A stretch of 27,664 bases of DNA from Candidatus Caldarchaeum sp. GTDB lineage: Archaea > Thermoproteota > Nitrososphaeria_A > Caldarchaeales > Caldarchaeaceae. The translations under genes and the position numbers were made by a program. Of this stretch, positions 8,131-16,735 are shown in pieces; the stretch's first letter is position 1, and each line of letters begins with the position of its first letter. The DNA lies in assembly GCA_038844785.1 (NCBI GenBank), contig JAWBRA010000021.1, positions 1-27,664 on the forward strand, written 5' to 3'. The notes under the pieces are model-generated. The model did no database searches and was not told where the DNA came from. It saw nothing but the letters and a program-made list of their open reading frames with translations.

Positions 8131-8985
8131 TCACCTTTTTCTTAGCCTTGGGTTAAGATATTCAACCAAACCGTCTCCAAGCAGGTTTAATCCAACAACA
8201 ATCATTGACAACATGATGCCTGGATACACCGCCATCCACCAGGAGGTCAGTAGATATTGTTGAGCAGTGTTCAGCATCAAGCCAAGACTTGGCACGTTGG
8301 GGTCTCCTACTCCTAAGAACCCTAACCCTGCCTCGATCAGAATAGCTGAGTTTACCTGCAAGATTATGTATGGAATTACCGCTGGTATAGCATTAGGCAA
8401 TATTTCGCCGAAGATTATACGTGAATCGGGCAATCCTATTGCTCTCGCTGCTTCCACGAACTGTCTTTCTTTGATTGATAGAAATTCGGCTCTAATTAAG
8501 CGGGCTAACCCGGGCCAGCTAACGATCCCGATGGCTATAATGATGTTTGTAAAGCTCTGGCCAAAAATGGCTACTATTACTAGTGCGAGCAGAAACTGTG
8601 GGAGAATTAGAGTCATGTCGGTGATGCGCATCAGAAAATCTTCTAGAAAACCTCTGTAGTAGCCTGCGAGAACCCCTATCAATGTTCCTATTACGATTGC
8701 TATGAGAACTGAGCTTAATCCTATCGTTAACGAGGTTCTTATTCCATAAATTACGTTTGAATATATGTCGCGGCCGAGATCATCTGTTCCGAATGGATGT
8801 CCCTCATTGGGGGGTGTGAATGGTTTCCCGACAAGAGTTTTGAGCGGAGGGAACCATGTTAACAACGGTGCAAATACCGCGATAACAACCACGGCTGAAA
8901 CGATGATGAGCCCTGCATATACTCTGGAGTTCAGCAGTATTCTAGAGCGTTTGACTTTCTTTTTCTGGTTTGTGTTAGTTGACAT
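8131..8985 (-). CDS. dppC: Peptide/nickel ABC permease DppC/OppC
   Basis: HPFGTDDLGRDIYS, EAA motif FVEAARAIG, EAGLGFLGVG and WWMAVYPG; SD GGTGAGG upstream. Confidence 0.93.
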   Translation of the reverse strand: MSTNTNQKKKVKRSRILLNSRVYAGLIIVSAVVVIAVFAPLLTWFPPLKTLVGKPFTPPNEGHPFGTDDLGRDIYSNVIYGIRTSLTIGLSSVLIAIVIGTLIGVLAGYYRGFLEDFLMRITDMTLILPQFLLALVIVAIFGQSFTNIIIAIGIVSWPGLARLIRAEFLSIKERQFVEAARAIGLPDSRIIFGEILPNAIPAVIPYIILQVNSAILIEAGLGFLGVGDPNVPSLGLMLNTAQQYLLTSWWMAVYPGIMLSMIVVGLNLLGDGLVEYLNPRLRKR

Positions 8986-8986
8986 T

Positions 8987-9955
8987 TTACCTCACCCTTA
9001 TACGTGGGTCGATTAACCCGTATAAAATGTCTACAATCAGGTTTGCGATTATTATGATGATCGACCCGTAGATGAATATTCCAAGAACCACCGGATAGTC
9101 ACGTAGTTTTATCGAGTCGTATAGAAGGGAGCCCATTCCCGGCCATGCGAAAACTGTTTCCGTTAGTATTGCTCCCACGAGTAAAACTCCGGTGTTAAAT
9201 CCTGTGTAGGTTACCACAGGGATCAACGCGTTGCGGAGTGCGTGTACGAAGACTACTCTTCTTTCGGAGAGACCTTTGGCGCGGGCTGTTACGATGTAAT
9301 CTTGAGTCAGTGATTCAAGGACGCTTGCACGAGTTATTTTCGTAGTGTATGCAATGTTAAATGTCGCTAGCGTGAGAACGGGCAGCACCATATGACGCAG
9401 TACGTCAAGAACATAGTCGAATCCTTTATACCCAGCTCCGACGGTTACCATACCACCTAGAGGGAAAAGCCCAAGATAAACGGCAAAGACTATCAAGATT
9501 ATTTGTCCAAGCCAAAAGTAAGGAATTGATATCCCGATTAATGAGAGTATTGAAAGGGTTACGTCTAGTGTTCCTCTCCGTGCAGCAGCTACCGTGCCTA
9601 TTAATATACCCACTGCAGCGGATAACGCCATGGCGGACAACACGAGAAATATCGTGGCGGGAATTCGGTCAAGTATCAGTTTGGATACTTGCTCTGATCT
9701 CAGGTATGAGTATCCTAGGTCTCCTCGAAGGACGTTGGAAATATAAATCAGTAGCCGTTCGTGGATTGGTCTGTCAAGCCCGAGTCTTGATCTGGTTGCC
9801 TTGATAAATTCCTCATCTCCTATTTCTCCGGCAAGGATGTAGGTTGGATCGCCAGGAGCGAGATTGATTAACATAAAATTGATGACTATGACTACAAAAA
9901 TCATAGGGATGTATTGTATAAGGCGTTTGACAATGAAATTTAACGCCTGCGACAT
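8987..9955 (-). CDS. dppB: Peptide/nickel ABC permease DppB/OppB
   Basis: LAPGDP, GDLGYS, QDYIVTARAKGLSE..HALRNALIPVVT, ETVFAWPGMG and RDYPVV; SD GAGGAGG upstream. Confidence 0.93.
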   Translation of the reverse strand: MSQALNFIVKRLIQYIPMIFVVIVINFMLINLAPGDPTYILAGEIGDEEFIKATRSRLGLDRPIHERLLIYISNVLRGDLGYSYLRSEQVSKLILDRIPATIFLVLSAMALSAAVGILIGTVAAARRGTLDVTLSILSLIGISIPYFWLGQIILIVFAVYLGLFPLGGMVTVGAGYKGFDYVLDVLRHMVLPVLTLATFNIAYTTKITRASVLESLTQDYIVTARAKGLSERRVVFVHALRNALIPVVTYTGFNTGVLLVGAILTETVFAWPGMGSLLYDSIKLRDYPVVLGIFIYGSIIIIIANLIVDILYGLIDPRIRVR

Positions 9956-10013
9956 TTACTTCCTCCTCAATTAATGGTTTGCATTGGTATAATAACTTTA
10001 AACGTTTCAACCT

Positions 10014-11003
10014 CTACTGTTTTTCATAGAGGTAGCACGCTACTTCCCTTCCTTCGACATTGTAGAAAGGAGGGGGCTCCTTCCTACACTTCTCAATGGC
10101 GTATGGACATCTTGTATGGAATCTGCATCCTGGAGGCGGGTTTATCAAAGATGGTGTTTCACCGGTTATGGTTGGTCGGTCACGCGATTTGGCGATATCG
10201 GGGTCTGGGACAGGTATAGCAGATAATAACATACTTGTGTAAGGATGGAGTGGTTTTTTGATGATGTCCTCCGTTTTCCCCTGTTCAACCACTTTGCCAG
10301 CATACATCACCAACGTGTCTTCGCATATACTTTTTATTAGCGCTATGTCATGGGAGATGACGATGTACACCATTTCTGGGAAATCCCTATGTATGTCGAG
10401 GAGCAAGTTGATAATTTGACCTCTGATGGATACGTCTAATGCCGAAACTGGTTCGTCAGCTATCAGCAGCCGCGGGTTCAACGCGATTGCTCTCGCAATA
10501 CAGACGCGCTGTCTCTGTCCTCCGCTCAGCTCATGAGGATATCTTTCCAGAAATAGCTCTGGTGGAGTTAGCCCTACCCTTTCAAGTAAGTTCGCGACTT
10601 TTTCGTTAATGGTTTTTAAATCAAGGGTGGTATGTAGTTTATATACCTGTTCAAGTATCTGTTTGATCTTTTTCCGTGGGTTGAGGGATGCCATGGGATC
10701 TTGGAAAACCATCTGAATCTGCGGCCTAAGTTTTCTCAATTCGTTCTTGTCTAAGCTGAAAATGTTCACACCATCAAAGTAGACAGTTCCGGAAGTAGGC
10801 TCTATGAGCCTTAAAATTACCCGTGCCAGCGTTGTTTTGCCTGAGCCACTCTCTCCTACTATACCCAGAGAGCTTCCCTTTTCTACTTGGAAGCTAACGT
10901 CATCAACGGCTTTCACGTAGGATCTAACTGTGCCGAAAAAGCTGCGGCCAGCAGGGAAATATTTCTTCAAGTTAATAACGTGTAGTAAAGCGCTGTTCTT
11001 CAT
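10014..11003 (-). CDS. dppF: Peptide ABC ATPase DppF/OppF
   Basis: GESGSGKTT, LSGGQRQR, IADEPVSALD, HPYT and the C-terminal GCRFHTRC..C..AC Cys cluster. Confidence 0.93.
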   Translation of the reverse strand: MKNSALLHVINLKKYFPAGRSFFGTVRSYVKAVDDVSFQVEKGSSLGIVGESGSGKTTLARVILRLIEPTSGTVYFDGVNIFSLDKNELRKLRPQIQMVFQDPMASLNPRKKIKQILEQVYKLHTTLDLKTINEKVANLLERVGLTPPELFLERYPHELSGGQRQRVCIARAIALNPRLLIADEPVSALDVSIRGQIINLLLDIHRDFPEMVYIVISHDIALIKSICEDTLVMYAGKVVEQGKTEDIIKKPLHPYTSMLLSAIPVPDPDIAKSRDRPTITGETPSLINPPPGCRFHTRCPYAIEKCRKEPPPFYNVEGREVACYLYEKQ

Positions 11004-11974
11004 TGTGCCTCACTCAATAGCCAGCATGCTGCAGCACGGTTTTCGCCGAAATGGATGAGCGGCGGCTCCATATTTTTACATTTGTCCCAGACATATCGGC
11101 ATCGTGGATGAAAACGGCATCCCTGCGGTGGGTTGATCAAGTTAGGAATAGTTCCGTCGATCGTAGCAACGGTTGCTCTTTCACTTTTTATCGACGGAAC
11201 AGCGTTGAGCAATCCCACTGTGTAAGGATGTTTTGGGTCCTTGTACAGTGAGTAAACATCGCCCACTTCAACAATTTTGCCTGCATACATGATCATCACA
11301 CGGTCGCATATTTCTGCAACGATTCCAAGGTCGTGCGTGATTAAAATTAATGACATTTGCATATCTCTGATGAGCGATTTCAACATCGCAAGCACTTCAG
11401 CTTGAACCGTAACATCTAACGCCGTCGTCGGCTCATCCGCTATTAATATTTCTGGATTGCATGAGATAGCTATAGCGGTCATTACTCTCTGTTTCATACC
11501 GCCGCTTAGCTGGTGCGGGTAGCGAGAGGCAACGTTCGTCGCATCCGGTATCTTCAATTTTTCCATTAACTCGATCGCCCTTTGCTTCGCCTCTTTCCAT
11601 GAAACTCCGTAATGGAACACAATGCTTTCGGCTATTTGATGCCCGATCTTGAAAACGGGGTTAAGATAAGTCATCGGATCTTGGAAAATCATTCCGATAC
11701 GACGCCCTCTGATTTTCCGGATGTAATCGTTGGGTATCTTGAGTAGGTCAATTTTCTCCGGGTAGAGCCAGACGTTTCCGTTTACGATCCGTGCGTTTTT
11801 CGGAAGAAGTTTTGTTATGGTGAATGCAAGTGTGCTTTTTCCGCTTCCAGACTCACCGACTATGCCTAACACTTCTCCTTTCTTGAGCTCAAACGAAACA
11901 CCGTCAACAGCCTTAACAATTCCTTCTGTTGTTTCATAATAAACAGCCAAGTTAGAAACTTCAAGAATCTTCAA
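11000..11974 (-). CDS. dppD: Peptide ABC ATPase DppD/OppD
   Basis: GESGSGKST, LSGGMKQR, IADEPTTALD, HPYT and GCRFHPRC. Start probably TTG 11974 (GGGTGG 8 nt upstream); the ORF track gives GTG 11986. Confidence 0.93.
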   Translation of the reverse strand: MKILEVSNLAVYYETTEGIVKAVDGVSFELKKGEVLGIVGESGSGKSTLAFTITKLLPKNARIVNGNVWLYPEKIDLLKIPNDYIRKIRGRRIGMIFQDPMTYLNPVFKIGHQIAESIVFHYGVSWKEAKQRAIELMEKLKIPDATNVASRYPHQLSGGMKQRVMTAIAISCNPEILIADEPTTALDVTVQAEVLAMLKSLIRDMQMSLILITHDLGIVAEICDRVMIMYAGKIVEVGDVYSLYKDPKHPYTVGLLNAVPSIKSERATVATIDGTIPNLINPPQGCRFHPRCRYVWDKCKNMEPPLIHFGENRAAACWLLSEAQ

Positions 11975-12023
11975 AAATTTTACCACCCATTAGAGCATAT
12001 TGCATGCAAACCCACATCAGCTG

Positions 12024-13088
12024 TTACACCATCTTTTTTTGGATTATGTTCTCGACCCGTTTAAGTAAATCGATGTCTCTAACACCTGACCCTAAAGGAA
12101 TCTTTTCACGCGGTACAATGACTATAGTTATTTTCTGCCCTTTTGATATTTCAGCAGATGCTATTGGCAGTCCTGTTTCACTGCTTAATGTGACGATTAA
12201 GTCAGGAAAAGTAGCCAACCTCTCGTTTTTGTTTTTTTCCAACGTCATATATTCATTCCAAAAAGTAAGTAGATAGCTGCCGGTGACGCCTCTGACTTGT
12301 ACGGTCCCAACATCATAGCCGCCTTTTGATTCCAGAGTTACGGATTCTACAACGCCGCTGTCAATCAGTTTGCCAGCTGTTTTCTTGACGATGTTTTCCA
12401 CTATTCTTTCACCGTCTCCACGGTATTTTTGAAAAATTTTCCCTACTTCTATGGCGAGTTTCAAACCGCCCACCGCTGCATTTTCTTTGACGTAATTGGG
12501 TGAAACAGGGTTTCTCGTTACCGCTACCATTCCACCCGCTTGAACAGAAGCCTCGCGGATAATTTTGTCCACCTTATCCAGCGAGCCTTTTGCGAAAACC
12601 TCTACGTACTGCCCCGATTCCTCGCGTCCTCCGACAGCAGCCTGGATAGAAACATAATTCTTAACTTTGTGAAGGCCCATTGAGCCCATTACGCCCGTGG
12701 GATGGGCTCTTCCGTCTGCTGGAGCGTCTACAACAGGTATGTCCATGAAAGCTGATGGTATCCACCCGTTTACGGTCGACATTCCACCATTCTCAGAAGT
12801 TATAAAGCCGGTAATATATTCGCCTGACATATCAATTAGCATTTCAGCTGACTTGAGAATGTGTTTTGCTGAGACATGTTTCTCTCGTGCTGATGGAGCA
12901 CCGATAATCGAGGCCGTGGCTATGAGTCCTTCGGTCACTTCGTCAATGTCAACGATTATTACATCGCCTGATTCAACAGCCAGTTTTGCATATTTCAGCC
13001 CTAGGCTGATTTCACCCCCTCCCCCTCCTCCGAAAAACGCGCCACCCAGAACAGCAGCCTCGGCTAACGACTCATCTATTCGCAACAT
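12024..13088 (-). CDS. DUF917-family protein (S-methyl-thiohydantoin-desulfurase-like family)
   Basis: N-terminal GGAFFGGGGGG, GAP, ENGG..NGW, VVDA..DGRAHP, FWNEY and LATFPDLI. Confidence 0.85.
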   Translation of the reverse strand: MLRIDESLAEAAVLGGAFFGGGGGGEISLGLKYAKLAVESGDVIIVDIDEVTEGLIATASIIGAPSAREKHVSAKHILKSAEMLIDMSGEYITGFITSENGGMSTVNGWIPSAFMDIPVVDAPADGRAHPTGVMGSMGLHKVKNYVSIQAAVGGREESGQYVEVFAKGSLDKVDKIIREASVQAGGMVAVTRNPVSPNYVKENAAVGGLKLAIEVGKIFQKYRGDGERIVENIVKKTAGKLIDSGVVESVTLESKGGYDVGTVQVRGVTGSYLLTFWNEYMTLEKNKNERLATFPDLIVTLSSETGLPIASAEISKGQKITIVIVPREKIPLGSGVRDIDLLKRVENIIQKKMV

Positions 13089-13757
13089 TCACGTTCTACC
13101 GAATTCCAACTGCCTAAGAATGGATAAGGCGGCAGCTCCGGAGGCAACAACTGGCTCGATTATAGGGATGGGGAAGAACTTTTGAACTTTCTTTACGAAA
13201 CCAATTGTACTGTAACCTGTGCATGCCAAAACAACAGCATCCACGCCTTTCTCTACTAACTTTTTCAACGCCTCGATAGACGCCTTCTCTCCCTCCTGAG
13301 TCATGAGATCTGTCGTGTTTCTTACGTTAGCCGGATGTTCTTCTGCGACTAGGTTTTCTCCCAGAATCCGTTTAATAGACTGAGGAACTTCTTCGGTCAG
13401 TTTGATTACGCCGATTTTTTCACCCATGGAGAGAGCAAGCGACGCTGCCGCAGAACCTGAACCAATCACTGGAATTTTTATTTTTTCCCTTGCCTCCGAA
13501 ACAGCTGGATCTATGGCACAACTGATTATGATGGCGTCAACACGATCTTTTTGGAACTCCTCAACCATCTGTAGGATTTTTGGCTTCGCTATTTCCTCGG
13601 TTTCAGCATCGTATATTCCCTTAGGCTGGTCTTTTATGCATTTTGAGATAACCTTGAGTTCAGGGAAGACCTGCTCGATAAGTCTACCATGCTGATGGAG
13701 TTTTTCTTCGTCATGTATCGTGATTACTCGGACGAGGCCTATGCGGTATTTTGTCAT
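13089..13757 (-). CDS. Asp/Glu/hydantoin racemase-family protein
   Basis: Catalytic-Cys motifs IISCAIDPAV and VLACTGYS, plus IPIIEPV. Start ATG 13757 overlaps the DUF1177 stop (ATGA), with GGGAG SD. Confidence 0.85.
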   Translation of the reverse strand: MTKYRIGLVRVITIHDEEKLHQHGRLIEQVFPELKVISKCIKDQPKGIYDAETEEIAKPKILQMVEEFQKDRVDAIIISCAIDPAVSEAREKIKIPVIGSGSAAASLALSMGEKIGVIKLTEEVPQSIKRILGENLVAEEHPANVRNTTDLMTQEGEKASIEALKKLVEKGVDAVVLACTGYSTIGFVKKVQKFFPIPIIEPVVASGAAALSILRQLEFGRT

Positions 13758-14716
13758 TTCCCGCACTCCCTTGGCTCTATGGTTTTTGCAAGTATATCAC
13801 GAACATGTCCGTGCGTTTTCACAATAGTCTGAAACTCATCCTCATCATAAAACTTTACGTCGCCTTTTCCAAATCCTTTCGCAACCTCAACAACAAACCT
13901 CGTTGCCTGTTCAAGAGCAAGAATGTTGTTTGCTCCGGTAGCGGAGCCAGGGACAATCATTTCACTCGTGATCGCCACACCTACCACGGGCGCATCGGTG
14001 AAGAGCCAAGGTTGCATCATGCTGTTCAAATGATACGCAGGAGTTGAGAAAGGTATGATATCCTGCATGGTGATCGGAACTATCACCGGCATATGTCCTG
14101 CCACACACATGTATATATTCATTAGGTCTTGGCTCACTTTGAGTATCCATCCCTGTTTCACGGTTGGGGTGATTGCGAACCCGTTGTGTTTGACAACGTA
14201 GTTCGCCTTGGTTGCGTCGATCGATAAAACCGCATCCATTTCCGGAGAGACTTCTTTTTTGAGTAGTGTAAATATGTCGACCGGTGATTCCATCATCGCC
14301 GCTGGTTTGTGCGGTCGCGTGGGTGCGTTAGGACATATATGTGTAGTGATTTTTACATCACCCGGTAGCACATCACCCCTCCTCTTCATCTCAGCTAACA
14401 TATAAGCAGTTGCCAATGCCACCACAGCGCCATCTGCGTCTGAAACGATTCCAACTTCAATTGGTCTGGCCCCAATGCCGCCAAGACGGCCGATAACACC
14501 GAGAGTGGGCGATGTTCCATTTACCGACTTTCCGTTAACACCAGACACCAAGATCGACACGAAATCAGTCACGCCTTTAACGCCTTTCAAGGTTTCAACG
14601 TAGATAGGAAGCTTGTCGTAACCCTTGCCTGTGAAAAATTTTCGCACTTCTTCGCCTGACACCGATGGGTTGTCTAACAAATCTAGGATCTCGACAACAT
14701 ATCTAAAAGCGCTCAT
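13754..14716 (-). CDS. DUF1177-family protein
   Basis: PTLGVIGRLGGIGARP, VSDADGA, GDVKITTHICPNAPTRPHKP, LSIDATKAN, ITPTVKQGWIL, HLNSMMQP and VPGSATGA. Confidence 0.85.
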   Translation of the reverse strand: MSAFRYVVEILDLLDNPSVSGEEVRKFFTGKGYDKLPIYVETLKGVKGVTDFVSILVSGVNGKSVNGTSPTLGVIGRLGGIGARPIEVGIVSDADGAVVALATAYMLAEMKRRGDVLPGDVKITTHICPNAPTRPHKPAAMMESPVDIFTLLKKEVSPEMDAVLSIDATKANYVVKHNGFAITPTVKQGWILKVSQDLMNIYMCVAGHMPVIVPITMQDIIPFSTPAYHLNSMMQPWLFTDAPVVGVAITSEMIVPGSATGANNILALEQATRFVVEVAKGFGKGDVKFYDEDEFQTIVKTHGHVRDILAKTIEPRECGK

Positions 14717-14755
14717 GGATTTCCCTTTTTTTTAGATAAAGAAAAATTTTTGGTT

Positions 14756-14770
14756 GTTTATAAAAAAATA
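14756..14770 (-). terminator. Putative oligo-T terminator or attenuator after dppA
   Basis: The minus strand reads TAA-ACCCAC-TATTTTTTT immediately after the dppA stop. The same tract contains TTTATAAA, a possible internal TATA box. Confidence 0.45.
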
Positions 14771-14776
14771 GTGGGT

Positions 14777-16669
14777 TTATGTTTTTGGTTTTCTTGTACG
14801 AGATACGGCAAATGAAACCGCTGCTACAGCTACGACGACGGCCACCACTACTGCAGCAATAGCCCATTCGGGAACCACTTGTGTCACAACCTGTGTAGGC
14901 TGCGTAACTGTCACCACTTCGGATTTGACTACAGTCGTCATAACGGTCGTTCCTCCTTGTATTATAGTCTGTATCATAGTTCGTTCAACGGTTATAACCT
15001 CTGTTCTAACCGGAGCCTTGACCCAGTAGATTTTCTCAAGATTGAGATACCCTGTCCCCATACCGTTTTCCCATGCACCTGGGGCTAGTTCGTCGGAGAA
15101 ATCAAGGTTTACAGCGGCCACGAAAGTTCGTGAACACGTCCAAACAGCTGGCTGATCCTCGACAAGGATTTTCAGAGCTTTTCGGACGAGCTCAACTTCT
15201 TTTTGACGGTCGATTTCATACTCTGCGGCGAAAATCAACTTGTTAAACTCGGGGTTGTTGTATCCCATGGCGTTCGACCATGAAGCTCTAACAATGCCTT
15301 TTTCCGTGTAGTAGCGGATGAAGAATGTTGGGCCAGGTCCATGAACAAACGGGAATATGCTCATGTCGAAATCCCAATTGCGGAATACTCTCTCATGCCA
15401 TGCTGCAGTATCTAGGGCAACGATTTCAACAACTATTCCCACTTGTGCTAAAAAGTCGCGTATCAGCTCCGCTTCTTTCAAGTAGAATGGGTATGAAACG
15501 GAATCTATCATCAGTCTCAGCTTGAACCTTGTTCCGTCCGGCCCTCTTCTGTATCCGGCTTCGTCCAGTAGTCTTTCTGCTAGAGCAGGGTTGTATGCTG
15601 GCTGATTAACTCCAGGGTTGTATTGAGCTACCGCAGGAGCGCTTGAAACGACGGTATCGAGTGCCTCAACTCTGTTAAAGTAAACGACTTCGGCGATTTT
15701 ATGTCTGTCAATTGCAGCGGCTATGGCTTTTCTCACACGCACGTCTTTAAGCGGTGCTGGCCCCTCGGGGTGTAAATTGAACCCAACGACGTCGAGTGAG
15801 CCTCCTGGGCTTGGGAAGAACCAGACACGTTTACCTGGAAGCCGTCCAAGACCAATCTTTTCCTGTAAACCAACAGCATCGGAAATCGTGAGACCATAAG
15901 TCCAGATAAAATCAACATCGCCCTTCTCGAATGCAAGTGTCAACGCTGGAGAAGTTCGGATTATGCGGAAAATGATTCTATCGAGGTATGGTAACCCTTT
16001 TTTCCAGTAGTTTTCGTTTCTTTCAAGAATGATGTATTCGCCTTTCTTCCATTCTTTGAACTTGAACGGCCCTGTTCCGATAGGTTGTGTATTGTAAGGA
16101 TTGTTTGCAATGTCTGTGTTTTCATAGAGGTGTTTAGGACTTATGTTGATCCCCGAACCGCCGAAATATCCAGGATAGAACGCGGGCGCCCACGTGGTGT
16201 TGAAACGGAATATGACCGTGTAGTCATCTGGTGTCTCTATGGATTTGACATAGGATTTAACCATATAGGCGACAAAGCTGTTGAAAACTGGCGCAACTAC
16301 CTCGTATGTGAACTTTACGTCGGCGGACGTGAATTTCCTACCGTCGTGCCAGGTCGCGTTTCTGACCAACTTAAACACAATCGTCATTCCACCATCACGC
16401 TCTTTGATAACCTGCCAAGATTCTGCCAACTCAGGCTGCCACTCCAATGTTTCTGGATCAATGCTTACCAACGAGTTCCCAATTTGCCTAACTATTTGAT
16501 AAAAGGCCCATGTTGGTGGTCCGCTCAACGCTAGATGCGGCGGCTCAGAGCTTATTCCGACAACTAGAGTTCCTCCGTGTCTAGGCTGAGCTTGGATGGA
16601 TGGAGCCGCTGAAAACGCTAACAATAAAGCCAAAAGCAGAGCTAAAAGATATTTTCTATTTCCTGTCAT
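14777..16669 (-). CDS. dppA: Family 5 (DppA/OppA) substrate-binding protein with signal peptide and C-terminal membrane anchor
   Basis: Signal peptide MTGNRKYLLALLLALLLAFSAAPSIQA; PELAESW, ATWHDGRKFTSADVKFT, PIGTGPFKF, DVRVRKAIAAAIDR and GYNNPEF; Thr/Val linker, TM helix and basic tail. Confidence 0.93.
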   Translation of the reverse strand: MTGNRKYLLALLLALLLAFSAAPSIQAQPRHGGTLVVGISSEPPHLALSGPPTWAFYQIVRQIGNSLVSIDPETLEWQPELAESWQVIKERDGGMTIVFKLVRNATWHDGRKFTSADVKFTYEVVAPVFNSFVAYMVKSYVKSIETPDDYTVIFRFNTTWAPAFYPGYFGGSGINISPKHLYENTDIANNPYNTQPIGTGPFKFKEWKKGEYIILERNENYWKKGLPYLDRIIFRIIRTSPALTLAFEKGDVDFIWTYGLTISDAVGLQEKIGLGRLPGKRVWFFPSPGGSLDVVGFNLHPEGPAPLKDVRVRKAIAAAIDRHKIAEVVYFNRVEALDTVVSSAPAVAQYNPGVNQPAYNPALAERLLDEAGYRRGPDGTRFKLRLMIDSVSYPFYLKEAELIRDFLAQVGIVVEIVALDTAAWHERVFRNWDFDMSIFPFVHGPGPTFFIRYYTEKGIVRASWSNAMGYNNPEFNKLIFAAEYEIDRQKEVELVRKALKILVEDQPAVWTCSRTFVAAVNLDFSDELAPGAWENGMGTGYLNLEKIYWVKAPVRTEVITVERTMIQTIIQGGTTVMTTVVKSEVVTVTQPTQVVTQVVPEWAIAAVVVAVVVAVAAVSFAVSRTRKPKT

Positions 16670-16696
16670 ATCTATATCAGTTGTTCTGTATGTCTA

Positions 16697-16726
16697 GTTA
16701 ATAACTTTTCGCTAATTAACTTTTTT
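16697..16726 (-). promoter_or_regulatory. dppA-operon promoter (BRE-TATA), tandemly duplicated motif
   Basis: Minus strand AAAAG-TTATTAAC at 16709-16697, about 28 nt before ATG 16669. A second similar AAAAG-TTAATTAG motif lies 15 nt further upstream. Confidence 0.55.
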
Positions 16727-16735
16727 GCAGTTTAA

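Noticed and set aside
13014-13048. G-rich run in DUF917 as a repeat or phase-variable tract
   Set aside because: It encodes the family's conserved poly-Gly motif with mixed codons and is in frame.
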